Source: Candidatus Aenigmatarchaeota archaeon (GTDB taxonomy: Archaea; Aenigmatarchaeota; Aenigmatarchaeia; QMZP01; JAFGSV01). Taken from it: a stretch of 64,000 bases of DNA. Position 1 is the first letter of the stretch, and each line of letters begins with the position of its first letter. The stretch lies in the NCBI GenBank assembly GCA_016934325.1, contig JAFGSV010000028.1, positions 556 through 64,555 of the forward strand. Reading direction: 5' to 3'. Shown here in pieces: positions 28,963 to 38,780 of this stretch. Made by a program: the position numbers and the translations under genes. Under the pieces are notes generated by a model. It was given only the letters and a program-made list of their open reading frames with translations, searched no databases and was not told the DNA's origin.

Positions 28963-29994
28963 TTAGTTAGAAGAAAACGTTGCTTCTATGTTTTTGAAAG
29001 ATTCATTGATACTAACGATTCTAAAGCGTTTATCCAAAAGATGTAAATAGCCCTCAATAATCTTAAAAAGGAAATTCCAGCTGTCTTTCTCTGTCTGAAA
29101 GCCGTATGGTTGATATTTGATTTTAATCAAAACATTACCATTGGCCTTGATTGCTATTTTTGCAATTCCCCATCCTGTAAAATGTAAAATGTTTTTGAGT
29201 AGATTGAGTTTCTCCCACTTTTTGGTTTCTATTTTTATCACTTCTCTGAAATAATTAAAAGAAATAGACGGCACTGTATCCAACAATATTCCTCGGTTGG
29301 AAATGATATGGAATAGTGTGTTTTCTATTATGATCAGTGGCTTCTCCCTGAAATACACTCTGTTGTTACTTTTCAACTTTAATATCTTTGATTTGAAAGC
29401 ATCTTTCAGAGCTAGTCCTCTATAATCTGGCATTGAGTTTAAATAATTGTATTTGTCCTTTCCCTTTGTAACAGGAGGGTCCCAGGGTTCGTCTAACAAT
29501 TTGTATACATATTTACATCGGGTCTTTGTCTGATTTACTTCTGCTGCTACCATGGGGGCTTCGCAGATTACATTCAAAATACCACAAAACAAACCAGGCA
29601 TAAATCTATTCTTTCCAATTAACCTTGTTATACATTCGTTTTTCGTTTCCACAACGGCTATATCCTTATCTTTTCTAACATGAAAATCATCCAGCAATCC
29701 TATATTGGTCCATATTTTTTTCGCTATAGGTGAAAGTATAGGCATCGGCAGCTTCCTTACTGTATGCGGGAACAGATTTTCAATTATCATATTCATCCAT
29801 TCAGCACTAATTTCCTCCACTTCCTTCTCGTAGCCCGCTTTTTCGCATTCAAGTATATAATTGGCTAAAATGTCCTCGGAGAATATAACATCCCTCCTGA
29901 TTTTCGCTTTGAATCTGTTAAGAATACTGCCTGCTCCAACCTTCATTATGCCTCTTCTCAAGGATTCTGATAAACGCATAAAATCACAAATCAC
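28963..29994 (-). CDS. Tandem V4R-like ligand-binding domain protein
   Basis: WTNIGL...RFMPGLFCGILN...EVNQTKTRCKYVY and a second FTGWGIAKI...IIEGYL repeat resemble the V4R fold. Confidence 0.5.
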   Translation of the reverse strand: MICDFMRLSESLRRGIMKVGAGSILNRFKAKIRRDVIFSEDILANYILECEKAGYEKEVEEISAEWMNMIIENLFPHTVRKLPMPILSPIAKKIWTNIGLLDDFHVRKDKDIAVVETKNECITRLIGKNRFMPGLFCGILNVICEAPMVAAEVNQTKTRCKYVYKLLDEPWDPPVTKGKDKYNYLNSMPDYRGLALKDAFKSKILKLKSNNRVYFREKPLIIIENTLFHIISNRGILLDTVPSISFNYFREVIKIETKKWEKLNLLKNILHFTGWGIAKIAIKANGNVLIKIKYQPYGFQTEKDSWNFLFKIIEGYLHLLDKRFRIVSINESFKNIEATFSSN

Positions 29995-30033
29995 TTATAT
30001 CCATTGTATATGATACAAGTTTATACATTTTAA

Positions 30034-31194
30034 ATGAGAATTTATACTCCGACGTTATATTATTATCAGTTAGGCATGGTCCTGAATGCTGCGATTCGGA
30101 ACACACCCGATTCTGAGGTATCGCGGTACTTCGGCAAAGTCCCTATTGATGCTATTAATTTCTCCTTGGGTGAACCTATTTTCCCTCCGCCGGACTCTGT
30201 CAAGAAATCATTTGCGAAGTCCATAATGGAAGGCTCGGGAAGATATTCATCCGTCCAGGGGCTTCCAGATCTCAGGAAGGCGATTTCCGATAAACTCGAA
30301 AGGGAAAATAATGTCATGTCTGATCCCGATGATATACTCATCACGAACGGCGCTAATGAAGCTATAGCAATCGCTATTCTTTCCCTGGTGGATAATGGAG
30401 ATGAGGTCATAATATGCGAGCCAAGCTTTCCTGCTTTCAAGCCTCTCGTCAAATACTGTCAAGGCGTACCGAAGCCGTTGTTTCTCAAAGAGGAGAACGG
30501 GTTTCGTTTGGATTTGGAAGAGCTGAAGGAAGCCGTCAGCGATAAAACCAAGATGATCGTGATCAATACCCCCCATAATCCCACCGGTTCTGTTTTCGAT
30601 AAGAATACATTGAAATCGATATCCGAAATATGCAATTCTCACATTCTGGTGGACGAAGTCTATGAGAATCTGGTTTACGGCGTGCCTCATTGCTCAATTG
30701 CCTCCGTTGCCGGGAACCCGGAAAGAATCATAACAGTTAATTCATTCTCGAAAACATACTGCATGTGCGGCTACAGGCTGGGCTACATGCACGCAACGGA
30801 CGACTTGATTAAGAGCTTCATGAAACTGAAACTGTACCTGTCGGTTTGCACGAGCATGCCCATCCAGGTCGCGGGGATCGCTGCGCTGAAAGATAAGAAT
30901 TATCCGAAATTGATTCGAAGGGAGCTTTCGGTCAGAAGGAATATACTATTGGGCGGCCTCAGGGGATTGAAGATTCCATTTGTCGAGCCGGACGGTACCT
31001 TCTTCGTATTTCCCAACATATCGGAATGGGGCAATGATATGGAGGTTCATGAAATGTTCCTTAAAGCGGGGGTTCTGGCCATGCCGGGCAGCATCTTTCA
31101 TCCGGATTGCAGCAAGAACATCAGATTCAGTTTTGTGGCAGATCCACAAGATATAAGGGAGGGCATTATAAGGCTGGAAGGGCTGCTGGCCTAG
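30034..31194 (+). CDS. Class I/II PLP-dependent aminotransferase (aspartate aminotransferase-like)
   Basis: GEPIFP, NTPHNPTG, DEVYE, SFSKTYCMCGYRLGY. Confidence 0.92.
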   Translation: MRIYTPTLYYYQLGMVLNAAIRNTPDSEVSRYFGKVPIDAINFSLGEPIFPPPDSVKKSFAKSIMEGSGRYSSVQGLPDLRKAISDKLERENNVMSDPDDILITNGANEAIAIAILSLVDNGDEVIICEPSFPAFKPLVKYCQGVPKPLFLKEENGFRLDLEELKEAVSDKTKMIVINTPHNPTGSVFDKNTLKSISEICNSHILVDEVYENLVYGVPHCSIASVAGNPERIITVNSFSKTYCMCGYRLGYMHATDDLIKSFMKLKLYLSVCTSMPIQVAGIAALKDKNYPKLIRRELSVRRNILLGGLRGLKIPFVEPDGTFFVFPNISEWGNDMEVHEMFLKAGVLAMPGSIFHPDCSKNIRFSFVADPQDIREGIIRLEGLLA

Positions 31195-31267
31195 GCGTTA
31201 CAGGATCCGATGCTGATATATGCTTACATGATGATCGAATGAGATTCTGAGAAATATCCATCCATAC

Positions 31268-31942
31268 CTATATGATTCTGGTTTCTGTCAGACGTATGTC
31301 TTTGTTGTTTATTACCAATTCGTGTGGCAGTTTGGCGTCGAAATTCGTGTATCTCATCTTATGCACGATCAGCGACCTCATGGGCTTCTCCTCGAGTTCG
31401 AGAAAAATAAGCTGTATTACACCATCGCACTCGAACGATTCATGGCCACTTGAGTCAAGCTTCTCATCATTGTCGGTTTCGCACAGCAGAAGCGAAGAAC
31501 CCAGCTTTTTCAGGGAGTCCAAGAGTTCAACCAGATAGGCCCTGTACGATTTGTTGTTTTCGGAGAACATGAGCAGCTTATTTACGTTATCAATGACTAT
31601 TCTGTCGATTTTCGGATAGCTGGCTATTATATCTATGAATCTCTTCATGCTCACGTTGCTCTGTGCCATGGGAATGTGCTCAATTGCAAGGTTCTCGCCA
31701 AGATATTTCTTAACTTCAAGCAGGGACTCCACCGATTCGCAAGCCTTGATCAACTCTTCCTTGCTCTCGTTCAGCGTTATATAGCAGCATTTTTCCTTTT
31801 TCTTGGCACCGTCGAGGATGAATTTCATGCCAACCAGCGTCTTCCCTGTTCCCGGGCCTCCGGATAGAAGCATTACGGCATTCTCCGGGAAGCCACCTGA
31901 AAGCATCTTGTCCAGTTTCTTCAGACCGGTTGAAACCCTCAT
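31268..31942 (-). CDS. KaiC/RAD55-like ATPase
   Basis: STGLKKLDKMLSGG, GGPGTGKT, CDGVIQL, HKMRYT; NE in place of the EE pair. Confidence 0.88.
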   Translation of the reverse strand: MRVSTGLKKLDKMLSGGFPENAVMLLSGGPGTGKTLVGMKFILDGAKKKEKCCYITLNESKEELIKACESVESLLEVKKYLGENLAIEHIPMAQSNVSMKRFIDIIASYPKIDRIVIDNVNKLLMFSENNKSYRAYLVELLDSLKKLGSSLLLCETDNDEKLDSSGHESFECDGVIQLIFLELEEKPMRSLIVHKMRYTNFDAKLPHELVINNKDIRLTETRII

Positions 31943-31943
31943 T

Positions 31944-32288
31944 CTATTCCTCCTTGAAAGTCGGCACGCCGAGCCCCGACTTCTTTATCTTGATCAGAAG
32001 ATATGCATCTTCATCGACCTTGAAAATATTCGAAGGTACTTTCTTTTCAAGCGTGCTGATCTTATATTTTGCCAGCAACTTCTTGGGAAGCATTATCCTG
32101 TTGCTGTTGCCAAGTTTCCCGGTCGTCAGGAAATGGATCATGCTATCCTTACCGCAAGGCAGGATTAATATATCCGACATGTTGTGCTTCAGCAATTTGT
32201 ATTCGGTGCGGTTTATGGTGAGAGTTATGTCAATCCTGTTATCGTGCATATCGATGCTTCGTATATCGGCCATAGTACAATTAACCAT
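31944..32288 (-). CDS. Small protein with AbrB/MazE-like segment, co-oriented with KaiC
   Basis: TTGKLGNSNRIMLPKKLL resembles the AbrB swapped-hairpin N-terminus; abuts the KaiC start. Confidence 0.5.
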   Translation of the reverse strand: MVNCTMADIRSIDMHDNRIDITLTINRTEYKLLKHNMSDILILPCGKDSMIHFLTTGKLGNSNRIMLPKKLLAKYKISTLEKKVPSNIFKVDEDAYLLIKIKKSGLGVPTFKEE

Positions 32289-32357
32289 TGTAAAACATTT
32301 AAACTTTTCGATTTTTTGTTATATTTATTAAATGCCGGGCTCATATATATTAATCGT

Positions 32358-33203
32358 ATGGCCAAGAAACTGGCAAAAAGTGGGGCTAACAAGCCTAGAA
32401 AAACCGGAAAGGCCTTGAAATCGGATGCGTCAAAAAGTAAAAAGAAGTGTGTCCCTGAAAAGAAGGCCGAGTATATTAAAACCGGCATATCCGGTTTGGA
32501 TGGCCTGCTTAGGGATGGATTGCCGGTAAACAGCTCTGTTCTCATCTCAGGCGGCGCTGGTTCCGGAAAAACGCTGCTGTGCCTCCAGATACTATATAAT
32601 GCGGTCAGGAAGGGGAAGAAGTGCTTCTATATGTCATTCGAGGAGTCGGAGGGGAAACTCAAGAGCCATATGGCCAAATTCGGCTGGGATCTTAAAGGAA
32701 AAGAAAAGGACTTTGTCATAAAGAGGTTCAACCTCTTTGACATCACAAGATCTATAGACGCCCTGCTTGCCAAGCAATCCGGAGACTTGCTTATAGACGT
32801 CAATCCGGTCCTGCTGCCCGCTGGTTTCAAACCGGACATAATAGTAGTCGATTCCATGACCGCAATAGCATCCGCTTTCAGCGAAAAGCGAGAAACCTAC
32901 AGATTGTACATCGAGCAGCTTTTCAGATTCTTCGAAGAGCAGGAAGTTAACACGTTCCTCATATCGGAAACCGAGCAGGAGCCAAGGATATTCAGCCCAA
33001 CCGGGGTTGAAGAGTTCCTTGCCGACGGCGTGATCGTTCTTCACAATATCAGAAGGGGCAACGTGAGGGAAAACGGACTGGAGATATTGAAGATGAGGGG
33101 TGCCAAGCACGAGAAGAAAATCGCGGCGATGCAGATAATAGAAAATAAGGGTATAGAAGTATATCCCGATCAGGAAGTGTTCGGGATGAATCAGAAAATG
33201 TAG
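32358..33203 (+). CDS. KaiC-like ATPase (single domain) with basic N-terminal tail
   Basis: KTGISGLD, GGAGSGKT, SFEES, VVDSMT, EEFLADGVI, LKMRG; start re-assigned to ATG 32358. Confidence 0.92.
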   Translation: MAKKLAKSGANKPRKTGKALKSDASKSKKKCVPEKKAEYIKTGISGLDGLLRDGLPVNSSVLISGGAGSGKTLLCLQILYNAVRKGKKCFYMSFEESEGKLKSHMAKFGWDLKGKEKDFVIKRFNLFDITRSIDALLAKQSGDLLIDVNPVLLPAGFKPDIIVVDSMTAIASAFSEKRETYRLYIEQLFRFFEEQEVNTFLISETEQEPRIFSPTGVEEFLADGVIVLHNIRRGNVRENGLEILKMRGAKHEKKIAAMQIIENKGIEVYPDQEVFGMNQKM

Positions 33204-33338
33204 CGAATAAGTCTGCACCCGTTGTTTTCCGGCGCACGGAATCCCATATGGAGCGGGCTCCAACTGCGGCTATCATTCATACAGCCCGTTATCCCCCCAT
33301 GTAATCAGCTTTTTATTGTACTGAACGATATTATTGTT

Positions 33339-34325
33339 ATGGCAGTTTTGGTAAAGAACGAGATGAACAGGAACGTGAAGACCCTCGGGCCCGAGGACAC
33401 GGTCAAGCATGCCGCTGAGAAGATGTCAAGGTACTGGATGGGCTCCATCGTGATAGTGGAGGGGAAGAAGGTCGTCGGCATCGTGACCGAGAGGGACATT
33501 CTCAGCAAGCTTGTCCTGCACGGGAAGAATCCCAGCTCCATCAAGATAAAGGAAATAATGTCAGGGAACGTCATCACCATCGAGGAGAACAAGACCATCG
33601 AGGATGCCGTCAAGCTCATGAAAGCAAACGACATAAAGAAATTGCCCGTCATGAACAAGGGGAACCTTGTGGGCATTATCACCACGACTGACATAATAAC
33701 GGCGATGGACGAGGAGATCAAGGACGGCGTCAACCTGGAATCATACCGGGACCTAAAGGTTCTCGTCAGGAGGCATTCGATCGACCTGAAGTCGGAGACC
33801 GCCAAGAACCAGGTGCTGACTTTCCTGATGTCCAACTCCCTTTTCCCCATGGATTCCATATCAGTCACAAAGGCGGTGACCAGGGCCATCAAGAACATCA
33901 TATACGTAACCGTCAACAAGCCCTATTTCTCGATAATCGGAACCCTGAAGAAGAAGGGGATAAGGACGGACTCGATGTATTTCATTGACGCCTCCTCGGA
34001 GGAGGGGGACGTCTCCAAGGGCGCCAACTACGAGAAGCTCAGCGGCCCTTCGGACATGACAGAGATCATTCTTTCGGTGGACAGGTGCCTGAAAAGCAAG
34101 AAGTTCGAAGGCCTGATATTCGATTCGATATCCACTTTGCTGGCGTACCATGACGAGGAGCTTGTGATAAGATTCGCCCACTCGCTGGTCAACAAGCTGA
34201 GGAACACCAATGTCAAGGGCATCTTCTTCTGCACGAAGGAGGACATGAAGACCAACCTCATGAAGAACCTGAACATGCTGGCGGATTACAGCGCGGACAT
34301 CGACAAGAGGGGAGAAATCGTCTGA
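33339..34325 (+). CDS. CBS-pair fused to inactive KaiC-like domain
   Basis: VGIVTERDI and VGIITTTDI CBS motifs; C-terminal IYVTVNKPY...FIDAS...IFDSISTLL without Walker A; start re-assigned to ATG 33339. Confidence 0.85.
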   Translation: MAVLVKNEMNRNVKTLGPEDTVKHAAEKMSRYWMGSIVIVEGKKVVGIVTERDILSKLVLHGKNPSSIKIKEIMSGNVITIEENKTIEDAVKLMKANDIKKLPVMNKGNLVGIITTTDIITAMDEEIKDGVNLESYRDLKVLVRRHSIDLKSETAKNQVLTFLMSNSLFPMDSISVTKAVTRAIKNIIYVTVNKPYFSIIGTLKKKGIRTDSMYFIDASSEEGDVSKGANYEKLSGPSDMTEIILSVDRCLKSKKFEGLIFDSISTLLAYHDEELVIRFAHSLVNKLRNTNVKGIFFCTKEDMKTNLMKNLNMLADYSADIDKRGEIV

Positions 34326-34361
34326 CCCCCTCTGGATTGCATATCTCAGGCGGCATCATCG

Positions 34362-35261
34362 CTAGCTCTTGACCAGCTTCTTGAACTCTTCGTTCGAGTC
34401 CTTCCTGCGCTCGACCTTCAACAGCTCGCTCCTCATCCTCTTGACGAGGACAGCCAGCAGCAGGATCACGGCCAGCAAGGCTGCCACGACCGTGACGAAA
34501 AGGGGGTCCTGCGCCACGGCCATCCCGGCAACGCCCGGAGCCGAAAGCAGGCAGGCGCCGTCCGCGCATCCGAAAACGCAAGTCTCGAGTGTGAAGGCAG
34601 ACCCGTCCTCGCTGCACTCGAACAGGGAATCGCCAGAGCAGTACTTCTCCGAGGGGATGCATCTGGTCTGGGCCAGTATAACGCAATCAGGGCAGTTATC
34701 CCTGTCCTCCCCCCTTTCCGGCTCGCAGACGTCGTTCCCGTTGCAGGGGCTAGAGATTTCGATGACAACGGGGACCGGCTCGCCGGACAAGGCGAACGAG
34801 GTGTTCAGCCTAGGCGATTCGGAGATGAAATACAGGAAATCCGGGTCCTCTGCGTAAGGCACCGCCTGGAACCTCTTCCATACGCCATCGTAGACGTTGA
34901 GCGCGATTGTCGACAACTCCACATTGTTATCGTTTATCCATGTCCTGTTCACCTTCAGCTCTATTATGACATCCTCCGGTTCGGCTTCCAATCCCGGCGT
35001 GCTGATGTGGAAATTGTCATAGACCCATTCAAGGTCATTGCCGATCCTGTCTATCCTCACCGTGTATCCATCGTGCTGCCCTCTGAGCCTGAAGGATATC
35101 CCGTGCACCGCGATGTCGGGCTGCCTGACCTCCAGCTCGACCAGCCCATCCCGACCATCGGGAGGTTCCATGAAGAAGGTGTATGACTGGGCCAGCGCAA
35201 CAGGTGCCAGCAACAGGATGGCCAATGTCGCCAGCAAGGCAATCGGCAATGGTTTTACCAT
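34362..35261 (-). CDS. PGF-pre-PGF-like secreted, C-terminally anchored protein with Cys-rich repeats
   Basis: Signal peptide; LKVNRTWINDNN...SESPRLNTSFAL; CNGNDVCE..GEDRDNCPDC; C-terminal TM + basic tail. Confidence 0.65.
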   Translation of the reverse strand: MVKPLPIALLATLAILLLAPVALAQSYTFFMEPPDGRDGLVELEVRQPDIAVHGISFRLRGQHDGYTVRIDRIGNDLEWVYDNFHISTPGLEAEPEDVIIELKVNRTWINDNNVELSTIALNVYDGVWKRFQAVPYAEDPDFLYFISESPRLNTSFALSGEPVPVVIEISSPCNGNDVCEPERGEDRDNCPDCVILAQTRCIPSEKYCSGDSLFECSEDGSAFTLETCVFGCADGACLLSAPGVAGMAVAQDPLFVTVVAALLAVILLLAVLVKRMRSELLKVERRKDSNEEFKKLVKS

Positions 35262-35304
35262 AGTTTTATTATTGTTGGGTGGTTTTTTAAGTTTGTTTTT
35301 GGCA

Positions 35305-37143
35305 TCAAAGCAGCACCCGCAGGTTCTTGCTCAGGTATGCCTGCAGGGACTTCCTTCCCTGCTCCGACCTCTTCCTGATCTTCACCCTGCCGTTCCTGCC
35401 GGCTATTGCCGAGAAGAGGAAATCATCTCCGCTGTATATGTCGAGCGTCTTTCCGCTGAGCCTGGGGTCCATCATCAGATAGAAATTCGCTCCGGTCTCT
35501 TCCCAGTCGAAGCGCGTCTCGCCCTTCATGGTCGCTTCCTTGGGCTCGACGGATATCTTCATTCCGAGCTCACGCTCGATCATCTCTATGTTCTTTCCCT
35601 TCTTTCCTATCATCTTGGCGATGACGTCGTTCCTGACCTTCACCTCTATCCTGTTCTCCCCGAGGAACTTGATGTCCATCCCCGGGTCCCATTTCCTGAG
35701 CTTGGCGTAGATCGATTCCCTGGCAAGCTTCTTCACGCCCGAGACCTTCTCGCCGGCAGCCGCTTCCTGCACCGGGACTATGACGTTCTCCTCGCCGTAC
35801 GTGTATATCTCGTACTTGAGCTCTTTCGACTCGAAATCCCGGACCTCGACCACCGGCCTAGTGAGGTCGTCGTCGTTCATCCCGGTCGGGCACTTTACTG
35901 TCAGGGATACCGAGAACACCTCCTCGATCCTGCCATCCTTGATGTAGATGACCGTATCGATGATATGCGGTATCGTGCCCAGCTCGAGCCTGCCGATGAA
36001 CCTCTGGATGGCAGACACGGGGCCCGTTGAATGCACCACCCCTATCATGCCGACCCCCGCGAGGCGCATGTCGCCGAAGACCATGAAGTCCTTGGTCTTC
36101 CTGACCTCGTCGAATATGGTGTAGTCGGGCCTGACGAGGAGAAGCAGCTCCGCCGTCTTCTCCCAATCCCCCTCGAGAGGGGCGTATTCGGTCACTTCGG
36201 GCCCGACCTGGAGGTCCCTTGGCTGCTCGAACGTCTTGACGATCTTCTTATGGGACACGAGGTAATCGGCAATGCTCGCGGCGAACGTTGACTTTCCGGA
36301 TCCCGGTGGTCCCGCGATCAGGACGCCGCTGGAATTCTCGACTATGTTCCTCTCCAGCTGCTTGTGCAGGTTGTAGTCCGAGAGCCTCACCTTCGCTATC
36401 GGCCTGACGGCCGTAAGCTCAAGGGCGTCCGAGAAAGGCGGCTTCGTGATCGCTATCCTGTAGTCGCCGAGCTGGATCACCATGGCTCCCTGCTTGCTGA
36501 TCTCGATGAACGAGTCCTGGTCCGTCCTCGCCTTGGACATGACCTCGTCGATCAATCCCTTTATCTCATCCTCCGTGCATTTGGTATCCCTTATGCACAC
36601 AAGCTCCACGCTGCCCGGTCTTCCTTTCTTGGCCATGGGCCTGACCCCGGTCTTGAGGTGGACCGACTGCGTGTCGGGTGTGAAGAAGCTTTCCAGCCTG
36701 ACCCTCTTCAGCTGAGGCTTCGGTATGTGCATCACATCGATGCCCTCCGCCTCGGCAACAAGTGCCTGGACATAATCAGATGTCAGCAGGATTCCCTTCT
36801 CGTTCTTCGCGACGTCCCTTATCAGGGCGTCTATCCTGCCTTTCTTGGCTAGCTGAATCTCTTCCATGGTGGGCCTCTCGCCCACGAACTCAATCGTCAC
36901 TCCATTCTTCTCACCGACTTCCCTGATCTTCTTGATCTCGTCAAGGCCTGAGAAGCCTATGTCTCTGTGCCGCGAGGCCTGCGCCTGCAGCTCATCAATG
37001 ACGGCCATCGGTATCACTACCATGGCCCCCTTGATCTTTCCTTCGTTTATCAGTCCGGAGACCGTCCCCTTGATCAGGACGCTGGTGTCCGGAACTATCT
37101 TTCTAGCGTTCAAATCTTTCGCGCTAATTTCTTTTTCTATCAT
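35305..37143 (-). CDS. PINc/VapC - ATPase - KH protein (PINA family)
   Basis: VPDTSVLI PIN; AGPPGSGKST; DEVRKTKDF; MIGKKGKNI KH. Confidence 0.92.
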   Translation of the reverse strand: MIEKEISAKDLNARKIVPDTSVLIKGTVSGLINEGKIKGAMVVIPMAVIDELQAQASRHRDIGFSGLDEIKKIREVGEKNGVTIEFVGERPTMEEIQLAKKGRIDALIRDVAKNEKGILLTSDYVQALVAEAEGIDVMHIPKPQLKRVRLESFFTPDTQSVHLKTGVRPMAKKGRPGSVELVCIRDTKCTEDEIKGLIDEVMSKARTDQDSFIEISKQGAMVIQLGDYRIAITKPPFSDALELTAVRPIAKVRLSDYNLHKQLERNIVENSSGVLIAGPPGSGKSTFAASIADYLVSHKKIVKTFEQPRDLQVGPEVTEYAPLEGDWEKTAELLLLVRPDYTIFDEVRKTKDFMVFGDMRLAGVGMIGVVHSTGPVSAIQRFIGRLELGTIPHIIDTVIYIKDGRIEEVFSVSLTVKCPTGMNDDDLTRPVVEVRDFESKELKYEIYTYGEENVIVPVQEAAAGEKVSGVKKLARESIYAKLRKWDPGMDIKFLGENRIEVKVRNDVIAKMIGKKGKNIEMIERELGMKISVEPKEATMKGETRFDWEETGANFYLMMDPRLSGKTLDIYSGDDFLFSAIAGRNGRVKIRKRSEQGRKSLQAYLSKNLRVLL

Positions 37144-37519
37144 ATTTTTAACTCCTTTATCGTAATCATGAATTCTCATGCATTATCGATCTTTTTTTAA
37201 TTTTATTTTTTCGATACGCCAATCATACCTTTCTTGCCATTTCGTTGCCATTCCTGAATCTTCTTGATTGTTCGTCGTCCAGCATCCAGCTACGTTAGCA
37301 CATCGTTTCAACCTGGTTACCCTGCCTAGAAGGAGCAGTGTTTTCCAGTTCTATTCTATATGGATGTCTGCAAAGCTTTAAAAAGCTTTCCCTGTGTATT
37401 TGAGCGCGCTGCTGCTATAAATTTTCCGCTTTTATCCCGTCCGAAGACCGGCTTCCGCAAAAAGATTTTGCTGGTAAAAAATTTCAAAAAGATTTTAATA
37501 CGCTCAACAATAATTCACT

Positions 37520-38653
37520 ATGTCGTTCTTAACCTTTCCGGAAGGGTTTCCCCATATTCCAGGCCTTGCGAAGGTGCTGGATTCGCTTCTCAATATCACA
37601 TCCGCCAAGAGCGATGAAGCTGATGAGGATCCCGAGCTTAGGTACAAGGTGGAATCCGCCAAGAAGGCCCTGCAGGAAGCGGAGAAGGAGATAGACGAGG
37701 AGGTAGATGCCAGGGAAGCCGCCAAGAAGAAGGCCGAGGAAGAGAAGAGGGGAAGGGAGAGGGCCGAAGAGCTCTCCAGGGTGGAGGATAACAGAAGGGC
37801 AAAGGAAGAGGCCGATGTCGTGGCTCATGATGAGGTCGAAAGGGAGTACGCCAAGGCCGAAAGGGCCAAGCGCGAAGCGGAGCGTCAAAGGATGGCCAGG
37901 GAGGCCGCCATACTGAAAGCCGAGCAAGAGAGGAAGGCCAAGATCGACGCGGAGAAGAAGGCCGAGGAAGAGAAGCTGCTCAAGCGGGACGTCGAACAGA
38001 AGATGATGTCCATGGAGAAGATGGAGCGGCTCGAGCAGGCCGAAAGGGTTGCTAGGGTCGAGGCCCTCATGAGGGAAGAGGAAGAGAAGAAGGCCAAGCT
38101 GGAAGCCCTCAAGGCTTCGAAGATCGAGGCCGCTAGGAAAGCGAAGGAAGCCGCCATGGCAAGGGTGATGCGCGAGAAGAATGCCAGGGAGGAAGCGGAA
38201 CGGCAAGCGGAGTCCGAGAGGGAAGCCAGGAGGGCGGCGGAGAGGGAAGCGATCAGGAAGGCCGTCGAGGAGAGGAAGTCCGCCGAGGAGGAGGCGAGGA
38301 AGCGCAAGCTCAAGGAGGCCAGGAAGGCCAGGGAAGCCGCGGAGAAGATCGCGAAGGAGGAGATGCTTTCCCGGGAGGAGGCCGAAGCCAGGCTCGAGGA
38401 GGAGAAGATGGCCAGGGAGGAGGCCGAGAGGAAGGCCGTTGAGGTTAGGACCCAGAGGGTCATGGCGGAGAAGAAGATCAAGGAAGCCGAGAGGAACCTG
38501 GCAAGGCTCGAAGCGAAGAAGATGGAAGAGGAGGCCAGGCTGCTGAAGAGGAAGAAGTTGCTCGTTATAATGGGGAACCGAAGCAAGCTCACGCCAGAAA
38601 GCATCAGAAAACTGGTGAAGTCGGCAAGAAAGAGGATCTCCAAGAAACGGTGA
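37520..38653 (+). CDS. E/K/R/A-rich long alpha-helical protein
   Basis: Repeated AREEAERKA-like units; core-like codon usage; no Pro in the central region. Confidence 0.75.
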   Translation: MSFLTFPEGFPHIPGLAKVLDSLLNITSAKSDEADEDPELRYKVESAKKALQEAEKEIDEEVDAREAAKKKAEEEKRGRERAEELSRVEDNRRAKEEADVVAHDEVEREYAKAERAKREAERQRMAREAAILKAEQERKAKIDAEKKAEEEKLLKRDVEQKMMSMEKMERLEQAERVARVEALMREEEEKKAKLEALKASKIEAARKAKEAAMARVMREKNAREEAERQAESEREARRAAEREAIRKAVEERKSAEEEARKRKLKEARKAREAAEKIAKEEMLSREEAEARLEEEKMAREEAERKAVEVRTQRVMAEKKIKEAERNLARLEAKKMEEEARLLKRKKLLVIMGNRSKLTPESIRKLVKSARKRISKKR

Positions 38654-38780
38654 ATGCGGGAACACTGATAAAATTCTGGTGGCCTTATATACGCAAATGC
38701 TTCATCAATTCATTTATAATGTAATGATATATCGAGAGCAGGCTAATAGTTGAAGCCTACTTGGAGGTTAACGGAAGGCT

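Noticed and set aside
31268-33203. Circadian clock (kaiABC)
   Set aside because: Single-domain KaiC-like proteins only; no KaiA or KaiB seen
37200-37500. Possible sORF or structured RNA between PINA and the helical protein
   Set aside because: Only short weak hairpins, no SD-supported ORF and no ribozyme consensus
37529-38665. 378-aa and 252-aa antisense ORFs
   Set aside because: Produced by GAG/AAG/GCC codon bias of the plus-strand helical protein
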